Source: Gammaproteobacteria bacterium
Lineage (GTDB): Bacteria > Pseudomonadota > Gammaproteobacteria > Eutrophobiales > Eutrophobiaceae
Assembly (NCBI GenBank): GCA_003250975.1
Contig: QKIY01000016.1
Coordinates: forward strand, 84-64,083
Direction of reading: 5' to 3'
DNA length: 64,000 nucleotides
The notes under the pieces were generated by a model. The model was not told the origin of the DNA. It did not search any database and saw nothing but the letters and a program-made list of their open reading frames with translations. Both the position numbers and the translations under genes were made by a program. Of the stretch, positions 27,342 to 37,517 are shown in pieces. The stretch's first letter is position 1. Each line of letters begins with the position of its first letter.

Positions 27342-28319
27342 ATGAACAAATCACATCACGAACTTCTCAGATTACTGGCTGATGGCAGGTTTCATTCCGG
27401 TACGGAACTTGGTGAAAGCCTGTCTGTTTCACGCACGGCAATATGGCAAAAGATCAGGCAGCTTGAAAAATATGGCCTTGTAATTGACTCAGTAAAAGGC
27501 AAGGGTCATCGTCTGTCTTCTTCTCTTGAGTTGCTGGATCAGGACCGGATTTGTGCGGGGCTCCCGGATTCAGTCCGCAGCGAACTAGCAGAGATTAATG
27601 TCTATTCCGAGCTGGATTCGACCAACAGGTATCTACTTGAATTACTGGGCAGTGAAGAGATTCACTCGCATCTTGTTTTTGCAGAGTACCAGACTGCGGG
27701 ACGGGGTCGCCGCGGGAATCCCTGGATATCACCATTCGCCTCGGGCATTTGCTTTTCGCTCGGTTGGCATTTCCCCGTTTCTCCTGAACCCCTGACGGTC
27801 ATTGCACTGGGTACCGGAGTTGCCATTGTCAGGGCCCTGAATAAACTGGGGATTACCGGGGTCGGCCTGAAATGGCCCAATGATATCTTTATTAATGACC
27901 GCAAGCTTGGCGGCATACTGGTTGAGATGCGGGCCGAATCCACCGGTCCCTGTAATGTGGTAATCGGTGTCGGACTGAATTATGAAATGCGTAATTCAGG
28001 AACTGATCTCATCGATCAGCCCTGGGTGGATATCAATACTATTACAACGACAAGGCTTTCTAGGAATGATTGTGTTTCCGGTGTTATTAATGAATTAATC
28101 AATATGCTGAATGAGATTAGCAGGTCAGACCCGGGCTATATTATAAATGAGTGGCGAAAATATGATTGCCTGAAAGGGAGGTTCGCCAGCTTGATCTTAC
28201 CGGGTGATACTGTCAACGGGAGAATTCTTGGTATCGATGATCATGGTGCCCTTGTTATGGAAATTGATCATCAGGTAAAGAAATACAATGTTGGCGAAAT
28301 CAGTGTGAGAGCACAGTGA
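27342..28319 (+). CDS. birA: Bifunctional biotin operon repressor / biotin-protein ligase
   Basis: HTH (FHSGTELG..L.VSRTAIW), DSTN, QTAGRGRRG, KWPND, KLGGIL. Confidence 0.96.
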   Translation: MNKSHHELLRLLADGRFHSGTELGESLSVSRTAIWQKIRQLEKYGLVIDSVKGKGHRLSSSLELLDQDRICAGLPDSVRSELAEINVYSELDSTNRYLLELLGSEEIHSHLVFAEYQTAGRGRRGNPWISPFASGICFSLGWHFPVSPEPLTVIALGTGVAIVRALNKLGITGVGLKWPNDIFINDRKLGGILVEMRAESTGPCNVVIGVGLNYEMRNSGTDLIDQPWVDINTITTTRLSRNDCVSGVINELINMLNEISRSDPGYIINEWRKYDCLKGRFASLILPGDTVNGRILGIDDHGALVMEIDHQVKKYNVGEISVRAQ

Positions 28320-29059
28320 TGGACCTGCTGGTTGACATCGGTAATTCGTGCATTAAGTGGGCTCTCCGTACTGATCAACTTACCGGGCATCAGAATTGTA
28401 ATTACGAGAAGGAAAAACTGGCTGAAGCCCTCGATGAACACTGGTCCGATTTGCCAGAGCCATCTCGGATAGTGGTATCGAATGTTGGTGGTAATTTGAT
28501 CAGGGAACAGCTAGATGGATGGGTGCTCCATACCTGGAACCTGCATCCCGAATATGCCAGGGTTTCAAAAACCGCATTCGGTGTGCGCAATGCATATGAT
28601 GACGTTACAGAATACGGAATTGACCGCTGGATGGCCGTGATCGCCGCGTGGAATAAACATCATTCTCCTGCGTGCATAGTTGATTGTGGATCGGCTGTAA
28701 CAATAGACAGTCTGGGTCGGGGCGGATTGCACAAAGGCGGTTTGATATTCCCCGGTATAAGAATGATGCAGCAGTCTTTATTCAGTCGCACTGCGGATAT
28801 TCCTGCGTCACAATGTGAAGCGAGCGCGGAGCTGGCGACGAGTACCCGCCAGGCGGTAGCCAATGGTTGTACAATGGCGGTAGTTGCACTGATAGATCGG
28901 ATAATGGCTGAAATGCAGGAGATTGAAGGCACTGATACCTTGTGTCTACTGACGGGTGGTGATGCCGCTCATATCGGCCGCTTCCTGAATGCAACATATT
29001 CTCATGAGCCCTCACTGGTACTCGAGGGCCTGGCGCTTTATGCGGATGAACGCCAATGA
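28316..29059 (+). CDS. coaX: Type III pantothenate kinase
   Basis: LLVDIGNSCIKW, GIDRW, IVDCGSAVTID, GGLIFPG, LTGGDA, LVLEGL. Confidence 0.94.
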   Translation: MMDLLVDIGNSCIKWALRTDQLTGHQNCNYEKEKLAEALDEHWSDLPEPSRIVVSNVGGNLIREQLDGWVLHTWNLHPEYARVSKTAFGVRNAYDDVTEYGIDRWMAVIAAWNKHHSPACIVDCGSAVTIDSLGRGGLHKGGLIFPGIRMMQQSLFSRTADIPASQCEASAELATSTRQAVANGCTMAVVALIDRIMAEMQEIEGTDTLCLLTGGDAAHIGRFLNATYSHEPSLVLEGLALYADERQ

Positions 29060-29892
29060 AATGGTTTTTAGTTCTGTTGCTGTTCACAAATCTGGCCTAT
29101 CTGGGCTGGGAGATTGATCGCCAGACCCGGATTGATATGAATAATAGAAAAGATGCCTTGCCTGTCCCTGAAGGCACCAGAAAACTTGTTCTTGTAAGAG
29201 AACTCCCGGCACCGCCTTCTGAAAACCAGACATCGGAGAAAGGTTCTGATTCCAAAGATCACCCGGCTGGTAGTGAAGCCGTTTCCGATAATGAGCCCGC
29301 AGGCACAATGAATCAGTTTGTGGATGATGTCCAGATTGAGGCGGAAATAGTCAGTATGCTGGTTTCCAAACTGCCGGATATCAGTACACGGAGCATCACC
29401 AATAAACTGTCTGAAATGGAAGAGACCTGTTTCTCCTATGGCCCGTTTCCGGATGATCAGCAATCCAAGGATCTTATTGCCTGGTTTGAGGAACACAAAG
29501 TTGCTGTGCAACAGCGACTGGAAGGAGATAAGGAAAATCGGCTGTTCTGGATTTATCTGGCACAACAGGATTCCAGGGGAAGCGCCATCAAGGCCATCGA
29601 GGATCTGAAGAGCAAGGGTATCCAGGATTACCAGTTAATCGATACGGGTGACTTGAAGAACGCCATTTCACTTGGTCTGTTTTCCACTCAGGCCGCCGTC
29701 AACAGACGTCTGAATGAATTAAAAGCACGGGGCTACCAACCTGTGGTTGTGCCGTACCGGGACACCAAGGCGGTATACTGGGTTGATATCAAACTGACAG
29801 GCCAGCCGGAAGTCATGAGCGAAATGTTTACAGGGTTTCCAGCACACTATAATTCGATCCCGGTTAGATGCAGTAAAATTGCGTTAAAATAG
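29056..29892 (+). CDS. SPOR domain-containing membrane-anchored protein
   Basis: MKWFLVLLLFTNL anchor, CFSYGPF, NAISLGLFS; conserved position after coaX. Confidence 0.82.
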   Translation: MKWFLVLLLFTNLAYLGWEIDRQTRIDMNNRKDALPVPEGTRKLVLVRELPAPPSENQTSEKGSDSKDHPAGSEAVSDNEPAGTMNQFVDDVQIEAEIVSMLVSKLPDISTRSITNKLSEMEETCFSYGPFPDDQQSKDLIAWFEEHKVAVQQRLEGDKENRLFWIYLAQQDSRGSAIKAIEDLKSKGIQDYQLIDTGDLKNAISLGLFSTQAAVNRRLNELKARGYQPVVVPYRDTKAVYWVDIKLTGQPEVMSEMFTGFPAHYNSIPVRCSKIALK

Positions 29893-29915
29893 CTTAACCC
29901 CTAAAATACTGCGCC
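29879..29915 (+). promoter_or_regulatory. Sigma70 stable-RNA-type promoter for the tRNA
   Basis: TTGCGT-17 bp-TAAAAT followed by the GC-rich discriminator ACTGCGCC. Confidence 0.7.
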
Positions 29916-29945
29916 GGCCAAAACACTGTGGTTTCCAGACTCATG

Positions 29946-30019
29946 GCCCCGATAGTTAAATGGTATAACCGTTGATTTGTAATCATCAGTTGGGGGTTCG
30001 ATTCCCTCTCGGGGCTCCA
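29946..30019 (+). tRNA. tRNA-Thr (anticodon UGU)
   Basis: Cloverleaf: acceptor GCCCCGA/TCGGGGC, D-arm GTTA/TAAC, anticodon loop TT-TGT-AA, T-loop TTCGATT, encoded CCA; 74 nt. Confidence 0.93.
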
Positions 30020-30066
30020 TTTTAAGGATACACATAGGCGCGTCAGATTAAACATAAATATAAAGA

Positions 30067-31089
30067 ATGTCAGATCATATGAGATACCCACACAGGCTGG
30101 TTTTTTTATTAACAGTTTTTCTGATTATTGCTCTGCCGGTAAGTGCCGCAACTAGTCTCAAGCAGGTCCAGAGCCTGATAAGCGATGGTAAATTGAAGAA
30201 GGCGCTTACTGGCGTTGATAATATCCTTTCGGAGGATCCGGCAGATATACAGGCAAGATTCACAAGAGGAATCATCCTTACCCGCATGAACAGGCTGAAT
30301 GAGGCAGAGGCCATTTTCAGTGATCTTATAAAAGATCACCCCGAGTTGCCGGAGCCCTATAATAATCTTGCAGTCATCTATGCTTCACAGGGTAAATTTG
30401 AAAAAGCCAGTGAAGCATTGCAAAAAGCCATCAATACCCACCCGAGTTATGCCATTGCACATGAGAATATGGGCGATATCTACGCCAAGATGGCAAGTCA
30501 GGCCTACAACCAGGCACTGGAACTGGACAATACAAACGAAATAGCCCGTGAGAAGCTGTCACTGGTAAACGAGTTGTTTTCAATTCAGGCTGCTGCTGCG
30601 CAATCCAGAAAAGAAATTCAGCCCGAAAAAACAGAACCGGAAAATCCGCAAATTGCTGACGTAACAAACCCGGACCAGTCAGCGGAAATGGAAAAAGCTT
30701 CAGCAATTAAAAAGGCAACGGAAGGTTCAACGTTTGTCATGACTGATCAGACACGCAGTGAGGTATTGAATACCATTACTCAGTGGGCAAAGGCGTGGTC
30801 GGATCAGGATGTTGATGCTTATATTTCCTATTATGCGCCGGATTACAGTCCCAATGGTGATATTTCCCGGCAGGACTGGATTAGTTATAGAAAGGACCGT
30901 ATTACATCACCCGGATATATCAAGATCAGCCTCTCAAGCATCAGGGTGGCCATGCAGGGAGATGGCTCGGTGCGTGCTAATTTCTTGCAAAAATATGAAT
31001 CAGATACCTATAGTGATATTGTGAAAAAAATATTAACGCTGAATCAGATTGACAAGCAGTGGCGAATTATCTGGGAAGACAATGAATAA
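30067..31089 (+). CDS. Exported TPR protein with a C-terminal NTF2-like domain
   Basis: Signal peptide, TPRs (HPELPEPYNNLAVIYA, HPSYAIAHENMGDIY), linker, QWAKAWSDQDVDAYISYY...QKYESD...WRIIWE. Confidence 0.82.
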   Translation: MSDHMRYPHRLVFLLTVFLIIALPVSAATSLKQVQSLISDGKLKKALTGVDNILSEDPADIQARFTRGIILTRMNRLNEAEAIFSDLIKDHPELPEPYNNLAVIYASQGKFEKASEALQKAINTHPSYAIAHENMGDIYAKMASQAYNQALELDNTNEIAREKLSLVNELFSIQAAAAQSRKEIQPEKTEPENPQIADVTNPDQSAEMEKASAIKKATEGSTFVMTDQTRSEVLNTITQWAKAWSDQDVDAYISYYAPDYSPNGDISRQDWISYRKDRITSPGYIKISLSSIRVAMQGDGSVRANFLQKYESDTYSDIVKKILTLNQIDKQWRIIWEDNE

Positions 31090-32326
31090 GACCGTGCAAA
31101 TGACAGGTAAAATGATCAAGCAACGGGTTGCCGTGCCTGGTATTCTGCTCGCTTTCCTTTTGCCTTTTCAGGCCACCGGCCAGGACTTGGTCTCGCAAGC
31201 CACTCCGGCGCATTTTATCAATAACCAGTATGAAAAATTGCTGATCAGTGCATTGGAAAATATCAGCAAGAACGATATGGATCAGGCGATTGCAGAGTTG
31301 GAACACCTGGTCAGAGTGGAACCAAATTTCAAGCTCGCCCAGTTAATCTATGGTGATCTCTTGTTGTCGCGCAGCCGGCCCATTACTGACTTCGGGAATT
31401 TCCCGGCATTACCCTATGAATATATAGCCTCATTGAAAGAGGAAGCCAGGGTCCGCTGGCAACATCATAAGAGTCCACCTGACAGCGACAAGATTCCAGA
31501 GGCTCTGATCCAGTTAAGTGATGATCAGAAATATGTGATTGCTATCGATCTTGAGGCTTCCCGCCTCTATCTATTTCAGAATCGCAAAGGTGTCCCCTAT
31601 CTCATTAATGATTTTTATGTCTCAATCGGGAAGCAAGGTATTGGCAAATACCAGGAAGGCGATCAGAAGACGCCAACGGGCGTTTATTTTATAAGGAGTT
31701 TTATCAGCCCTGATGAATTGCCGGATTTCTATGGCGACGGAGCCTTTCCGATCGATTATCCGAATCCCCTCGACAAACGTCATAACCGGGACGGTTATGG
31801 TATCTGGTTGCACGGTACGCCGATAGGGACTTACAGCCGCCCGCCACGTGACAGTAATGGCTGTGTGGTTCTGACAAACCAAGACTTGCGTGACCTGCAA
31901 CCCTACATATCAGTCGGCAAGACACCGGTCATACTTGCAAGACAGCTCAATTGGATTGCAAGGGATAGTTGGCAACAGCGTCAAAAGCAATATGTATCCT
32001 TCATTGAATCCTGGCGACGTGACTGGGAAAGCATGGACGTGGATCTCTACCTGCGCCATTATGCAAAGGATTATTCTGGTCTGGGCAAGGACTACGATGG
32101 CTGGGTCGAATACAAGCGCCGTGTGACGTCCAACAAGCGATATATCAAGGTCAATCTTTCGGATACCAGTATGTTTTTATACCCGGGAGAGGGAGACCTG
32201 CTCGTAGTAACCTTTGTTCAGGACTATGAAAGTGATAATTTTCGCAAGCGTTTTATCAAGCGCCAGTACTGGCGACTGGACAGTAACGGCGACTGGAAGA
32301 TTATCTACGAAGGATCAGTGTCATAA
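31082..32326 (+). CDS. L,D-transpeptidase/carboxypeptidase (YkuD family) with a C-terminal NTF2-like domain, Csd6-like
   Basis: GDQKTPTGVY, DYPN..D, catalytic GIWLHG...SNGCV, C-terminal WESMDVDLYL...WKIIYE. ATG 31082 overlaps the upstream stop. Confidence 0.87.
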   Translation: MNKTVQMTGKMIKQRVAVPGILLAFLLPFQATGQDLVSQATPAHFINNQYEKLLISALENISKNDMDQAIAELEHLVRVEPNFKLAQLIYGDLLLSRSRPITDFGNFPALPYEYIASLKEEARVRWQHHKSPPDSDKIPEALIQLSDDQKYVIAIDLEASRLYLFQNRKGVPYLINDFYVSIGKQGIGKYQEGDQKTPTGVYFIRSFISPDELPDFYGDGAFPIDYPNPLDKRHNRDGYGIWLHGTPIGTYSRPPRDSNGCVVLTNQDLRDLQPYISVGKTPVILARQLNWIARDSWQQRQKQYVSFIESWRRDWESMDVDLYLRHYAKDYSGLGKDYDGWVEYKRRVTSNKRYIKVNLSDTSMFLYPGEGDLLVVTFVQDYESDNFRKRFIKRQYWRLDSNGDWKIIYEGSVS

Positions 32327-33186
32327 AGATTGTCATCAGCGAGCCTGGCTGACGGCAAGTTGTTGCTCAACCACTTTACAAGATCCCTCCATATATCATT
32401 AGTCTCGGCAGGCGTCGGCATGATCCCGGCAAATGGCAGTTCGATCGTGACCACAGGGATCTGCTCTTGAACACCCGCGTAGCGTCCCAGTGAACCAGGA
32501 TAAGTACCCAGCAGGTTAAGATAGAGCCGTCCCAGTTTATAAGGGCCATCCTCCGGTCCGTCGTAATCCACGATGCCGTGTGGGGCATGCACCGAAACAA
32601 TAACATCCGGTTTAAAGCCGTTGATCTCCCTGACCAGCAATCTCGATTCCGGTTCACTGAGCGGACTGGGGCCTGGATAGCGTCTCGGATTGCGGCCAGT
32701 TTTATTTATCCAGTAATCCTGCGCCTCATTTTCCCAGTCCGGTGTGGGAAAGTTGCGATTCAGGTCTACGCCATTGGCATTATTACGGCTTGATTTTTTC
32801 TGCAGCAGGCCATCGGGATTTAAAAGTGGGATAACACGCCAGTGAAACAGTCCGGAATGATATTCATCAAGGGTACGCATCCATTTAAAAACGATACTCA
32901 CTGAGGAATACTCATCACCATGGATGCCGCCAATTAACAATACTCTGCCCTTGGGTTGGCGACGTTCCGGCAGAGGCGGGTATTCCTTGATCAGCAGTGG
33001 CGCATCTTTTACAGAATAACCATCGCTGATTTGCAGATCCCTATCGATGCATTCTTCGTATAACACGCTTGCCAGTTTGTCGGAGATACGTACGCATTCC
33101 TGTTCAACCGGCAAAAGGGGTTCTGAAGATAGTTTGCCATAGAACAGCAGGAAGGGTAGAAGCAGAATGAAAGGTCTGGTATTCAT
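32305..33186 (-). CDS. M14 zinc carboxypeptidase, MpaA-like (murein peptide amidase), with signal peptide
   Basis: GGIHGDE, NPDG, NANGVDLNRNFP, SEPE, SVHAP, TIELP. Confidence 0.85.
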   Translation of the reverse strand: MNTRPFILLLPFLLFYGKLSSEPLLPVEQECVRISDKLASVLYEECIDRDLQISDGYSVKDAPLLIKEYPPLPERRQPKGRVLLIGGIHGDEYSSVSIVFKWMRTLDEYHSGLFHWRVIPLLNPDGLLQKKSSRNNANGVDLNRNFPTPDWENEAQDYWINKTGRNPRRYPGPSPLSEPESRLLVREINGFKPDVIVSVHAPHGIVDYDGPEDGPYKLGRLYLNLLGTYPGSLGRYAGVQEQIPVVTIELPFAGIMPTPAETNDIWRDLVKWLSNNLPSARLADDNLYDTDPS

Positions 33187-33196
33187 TTGTATTGTT

Positions 33197-34219
33197 TTAT
33201 ACCTGCAAGTAGTAATCCAGAACTATTCCGGCAAAGACCGTTAATCCGAACCAATGATTATTTAAAAATGCCCTGAAGCATTTTTCCGGTATTCTATCCC
33301 TGATTAGAAATTGTTGGTAGATAAAGAAAATCGTCGCGACTCCCAGGCAGGCATAAAATGCAGTCCCAAGCATGATCCTCTGCCCCACGAAAATCAGGGC
33401 TATTAAAACCAGCAATTGCAGTACTGCGATAATGGGCCTATCCGCCTCCTCGAACAGGATAGCGGTTGATTTAACACCCGTACGAATATCGTCTTCTCGG
33501 TCGACCATGGCATACATGGTGTCATATACCAGTGCCCAGAGCACAGTCGCCAGGAACAGGATCCACGCCACAACAGGGATATCGCCGGTCTGTGCTGCGA
33601 AGGCCATGGGTACGGCCCAGCCAAATGCCGCCCCAAGAAAAAACTGCGGTAGATAGGTAAATCGCTTGCTGAAGGGATAGATAATGGCGAGTACGATTGC
33701 AACGAAAGACAGTTTGATGGTGAAGGGGTTGAGCAACAGCACCAGCAGGAAGGCGCAAAGGACGAGGACCGTGGCGAGAATAATCCCTTCACTGACACTG
33801 ACCCGTCCGGTAGTTAGCGGCCTGTCTCGGGTGCGTTCAATATGCCGATCAAGATTGCGGTCCGCCAGATCGTTAATGATGCAGCCGGCTGAACGCATCA
33901 GCACCACACCGCAGATAAAGATCATCAGTATCCCTGGCGGGGGTACACCCTCGGCTGCAATCCACAGGGCCCACAGCGTTGGCCAGAGTAACAGAAAGAT
34001 CCCTATGGGTTTGTCCACCCGTGCAAGCAGGAAATATTCGTGGCCGCGTTCCCTGACAATAGGCCAGTAGCTACGAATCAACTGATCTATTCTCTGTAAA
34101 AATAATACATACCGGTTTTTTACCGCGATCTTCATGCGGCAAGCCAGCTGCCACAAACGACAGACAACCAATTGTGTTTTTTTCCGTAGCTTATCGAGGA
34201 TGGGTATCAGGTTAGGCAT
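33197..34219 (-). CDS. ubiA: 4-hydroxybenzoate polyprenyltransferase
   Basis: [56 protein letters not shown]. Start may be further downstream. Confidence 0.95.
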   Translation of the reverse strand: MPNLIPILDKLRKKTQLVVCRLWQLACRMKIAVKNRYVLFLQRIDQLIRSYWPIVRERGHEYFLLARVDKPIGIFLLLWPTLWALWIAAEGVPPPGILMIFICGVVLMRSAGCIINDLADRNLDRHIERTRDRPLTTGRVSVSEGIILATVLVLCAFLLVLLLNPFTIKLSFVAIVLAIIYPFSKRFTYLPQFFLGAAFGWAVPMAFAAQTGDIPVVAWILFLATVLWALVYDTMYAMVDREDDIRTGVKSTAILFEEADRPIIAVLQLLVLIALIFVGQRIMLGTAFYACLGVATIFFIYQQFLIRDRIPEKCFRAFLNNHWFGLTVFAGIVLDYYLQV

Positions 34220-34749
34220 TGGTAGATATCAGGTAAAAGGATTTCAATCACCAACAGGGGTTTCCCCTTGATATAAAAGATCGATCGCCTTCCCCATAAT
34301 GGACCCTGTTTCACCGAATTGCATCCGCATAATTTATAAAGCCGGCTATGAGACGGGATACGCGCGATTTCTATCTCCCCCCTGAAGCTGTTACGTGACT
34401 TGAAAAGGTAATCCCCCAGTGATTTACTGCCCCACCTGAGTAGCCGCCGTTCGCTTCCGGATACTGTGGTTGCAGGCAGGATACTGCGTCCGTATATCCA
34501 TGGGCTGTCTTCACAAGTCAGAAAGATCTCCCTGACAAATGCACGGGCACCACCAGCCAGTTTCAGGCTGTGAATTTCATCCGGGAGTGGCCGTTGCCAG
34601 GACTGTCTCTTGATTTCAAGACCCGGGCCAGCCGGGCAATAGCGTTGCAAATGGCTCGTCAACGAACCGGGATCGGTAAGCAAATCACATAGTCTCCGGG
34701 GAAGGCTGGCATGATTCAGCCTTCTAACGGGTTGCCAAAGAATCTTCAA
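34207..34749 (-). CDS. ubiC: Chorismate pyruvate-lyase
   Basis: [32 protein letters not shown]; adjacent to ubiA. Confidence 0.88.
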   Translation of the reverse strand: MKILWQPVRRLNHASLPRRLCDLLTDPGSLTSHLQRYCPAGPGLEIKRQSWQRPLPDEIHSLKLAGGARAFVREIFLTCEDSPWIYGRSILPATTVSGSERRLLRWGSKSLGDYLFKSRNSFRGEIEIARIPSHSRLYKLCGCNSVKQGPLWGRRSIFYIKGKPLLVIEILLPDIYQCLT

Positions 34750-34754
34750 TGATC

Positions 34755-36887
34755 TTATACCTTGCTGTAGCGCGTGGCAGGACCCAGCCAGCGGTCAATC
34801 AACGCCTGGACCCTGTCCGGATATTCTTTCAGCAGCATGTGTGCTGCGGCATGGACCCGCGGCAGGAGTTTCGCGTCGCGGATTAGATCGGCAATCCGCA
34901 GTTCGGGCAAACCGGTTTGCCGCGTGCCCAGCATTTCACCGGGCCCGCGTAATTCCAGGTCCTTCCGGGCGATCTCAAAACCATTGTTTGTATTACGCAT
35001 CGTATCAAGCCTGATCCTGGCGGTTTCACTTAGTGGTGGTAGATACAACAGGACGCAATCACTCCTGTTGTCTCCGCGGCCAATCCTGCCACGTAACTGA
35101 TGTAGCTGAAACAGCCCCAGCCGTTCAGCATTTTCAATAATCATGAGACTGGCATGGGGGACGTCCACGCCGACTTCTATAACGGTCGTAGCCACCAGTA
35201 ACTGGATCTCCCCACCCCTGAATGCCGCCATGGCCCGTTCTTTCTCACGCGCCTTCATGCGTCCGTGGACCAGGCCGACTTTTACGCCCGGCAGTTTACG
35301 GGCCAGGTATTCGCTGGTGTCCACCGCTGCCTCGCATTGTAAGGCTTCAGATTCTTCTATCAAGGTGCACACCCAGTACACCTGTCGGTGTTCCTTGCAG
35401 GCACGCTGGATACGTTCAATAACTTCCTCGCGCCGGGTTGTTGGAATGGCAACGGTATTGATCGGCTGTCTGCCGGGAGGCAGTTCATCAATTACTGATA
35501 TATCCAGGTCGGCGTACAGCGTCATGGCCAGTGTCCGGGGGATGGGCGTGGCCGTCATGATTAACTGGTGTGGGATAATATCGCCCTGCTTGCCTTTTTC
35601 CAGCAGTGACAGGCGCTGATGCACACCAAAACGGTGTTGTTCATCAATAATAACCAGTCGCAAGGCCTCAAAGGTAATGCTTTCCTGAAATAGTGCGTGT
35701 GTACCAACCGCCAGACACCGCCTGTTTGTTGACAGTGTTTCCAGAAGTTGTTTTCTTTCCCTGTTGCCGAGCTTGCCCGTGAACAGCAGGACTTCAACGC
35801 CAATAGCATCAAACCATCCTTGTAAGGTTCTGTAATGTTGTTCGGCAAGGAGTTCCGTGGGGACCATGAAAGCCGCCTGATAGCCGGCCTCGATCGCCTG
35901 CAATGCGGCGAGTGCGGCCACTACTGTCTTGCCGGAGCCGACATCCCCCTGCAACAGGCGCAACATGGGAATTTCTTTACCTAGGTCGCCGGTAATCTCC
36001 GCCAGAGCTTTTCGCTGGGCCCGCGTTAGTGTGAATGGCAGTGACCGGGTGAATTGATCAACCACGTCCGTGTTGGCCTGCAAGGGCATTGCAGGTCGGG
36101 ACTGGGTTGCTCGTCGCAGGCGTTGCAGACTGAGGTACTGTGCAAGTAATTCTTCAAAAGCTAAACGTTGCTGGGCGGGATGAGTGCCCTCGATCAATTC
36201 ATTTATTTGGGCATCAGGCGGTGGTTTATGTACATAGGTTATCGCCGTTTTCAGATCGGGAAGGGTGAATTCCTCCAGCAGAGCATCGGGCAGCAACTCA
36301 GTCAGACCGTTCTCTGCCCGTTCCAGTATACTGAGTGACTGTGCTGCGAGTTTTCGCAGGCTGGACTGTTGCAGTCCCTCTGTTGCAGGGTAAACCGGTG
36401 TCAGCGTCTCTTCCACTGCGGGGCTCTCATTAGCTTCGAATAATTGATATTCCGGGTGGATCATCTCGATTGTCTGTGCGCCGAAACGCGCCTGGCCAAA
36501 GCAGCGGATCCTCATCCCGCGCTGTAGGCGGTTCTGCTGTGACTTTGAAAAATGAAAAAATCGGACTGTGAGTGCACCTGTGCCGTCACTAATCCGGCAC
36601 AGCAGCGAGCGACGTTTGCCATATTTAACCTGTGTGAGTTCAATTGTGCCTTCAACCTGCGCACTGGTGCCGGGCCTCAGGCTTCCTATGGGATAAAGGC
36701 GGGTGCGGTCGATATAACGTCTCGGCATATAAAACAGGAGATCACTCACATGCCTCAGACCGAGGTGGTTTAGCTTCTCCTGTATGCGCGGCCCAACGCC
36801 ACGGAGAGCGGTGACTGGGCTGTCAAGAGTCAAGGGCCCGGTCACATGGGAGGTCTTGGCTGGGGACACCTTCAGTCTGTCAATCAA
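34755..36887 (-). CDS. recG: ATP-dependent DNA helicase RecG
   Basis: [59 protein letters not shown]. Confidence 0.97.
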   Translation of the reverse strand: MIDRLKVSPAKTSHVTGPLTLDSPVTALRGVGPRIQEKLNHLGLRHVSDLLFYMPRRYIDRTRLYPIGSLRPGTSAQVEGTIELTQVKYGKRRSLLCRISDGTGALTVRFFHFSKSQQNRLQRGMRIRCFGQARFGAQTIEMIHPEYQLFEANESPAVEETLTPVYPATEGLQQSSLRKLAAQSLSILERAENGLTELLPDALLEEFTLPDLKTAITYVHKPPPDAQINELIEGTHPAQQRLAFEELLAQYLSLQRLRRATQSRPAMPLQANTDVVDQFTRSLPFTLTRAQRKALAEITGDLGKEIPMLRLLQGDVGSGKTVVAALAALQAIEAGYQAAFMVPTELLAEQHYRTLQGWFDAIGVEVLLFTGKLGNRERKQLLETLSTNRRCLAVGTHALFQESITFEALRLVIIDEQHRFGVHQRLSLLEKGKQGDIIPHQLIMTATPIPRTLAMTLYADLDISVIDELPPGRQPINTVAIPTTRREEVIERIQRACKEHRQVYWVCTLIEESEALQCEAAVDTSEYLARKLPGVKVGLVHGRMKAREKERAMAAFRGGEIQLLVATTVIEVGVDVPHASLMIIENAERLGLFQLHQLRGRIGRGDNRSDCVLLYLPPLSETARIRLDTMRNTNNGFEIARKDLELRGPGEMLGTRQTGLPELRIADLIRDAKLLPRVHAAAHMLLKEYPDRVQALIDRWLGPATRYSKV

Positions 36888-37263
36888 GCACCATTATGGC
36901 ATCCATCTCCACCTGGGCGCCCTTGGGTAAAGAGGCCACACCCACGGCGGCGCGGGCTGGGTAGGGTTCCTGGAAATACTCCGCCATGATCTCGTTCACC
37001 AGCGGGAAATGTGAGAGGTCTGTCAGATAGATATTGAGCTTCGCTACATCTGCCAGCGAACCGCTGGCGGCGCGGGCCACGGCCGAGAGATTATCAAATA
37101 CCTGAGTGATCTGGGCGCGCATATCGCCTTCAGCTAGTGTCATGCTCGAAGGTACCAGCGGAATCTGTCCTGAAAGGTAAACTGTCTGTCCTGTCTTCAC
37201 TGCCTGGGAATACGTCCCGATTGCCTGTGGCGCCTGGTCGGTATTAATAATGGTTCTACTCAT
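36880..37263 (-). CDS. ridA: RidA / YjgF family reactive enamine deaminase
   Basis: [36 protein letters not shown]. Confidence 0.93.
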   Translation of the reverse strand: MSRTIINTDQAPQAIGTYSQAVKTGQTVYLSGQIPLVPSSMTLAEGDMRAQITQVFDNLSAVARAASGSLADVAKLNIYLTDLSHFPLVNEIMAEYFQEPYPARAAVGVASLPKGAQVEMDAIMVLD

Positions 37264-37431
37264 GGTTAACCTCTTAAGTGTGGAGTCTGAACGTAAGTAA
37301 ATGTCGACTGGCTAATGATAATCTGCCGGGTTTGTTATGTTATAGTTGCGCTGCCAGTCATCTTATACCAATACGGCAACCGGATGTAGCCTCACAATCC
37401 GGCGCGAGGCAGTCGTTTTGAATAAGTGATC

Positions 37432-37474
37432 TGTGATCAATATCAAGCACGTGTCCGGAATTGCATGGTATACA
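37432..37474 (+). promoter_or_regulatory. FNR/CRP-family box with an extended -10 upstream of the Rieske gene
   Basis: TGTGAT-CAAT-ATCAA centred at 37439.5; TGgTATACA at 37466-37474 places the box at -41.5 (class II geometry). Confidence 0.5.
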
Positions 37475-37517
37475 GCATGTATTTAATGATAGCCATCGAC
37501 AGTAGGGGAAAAAGACA

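Noticed and set aside
37379-37402. REP-like hairpin CCGGAT-N11-ATCCGG
   Set aside because: Only a 6-bp stem and no second copy found in the window.
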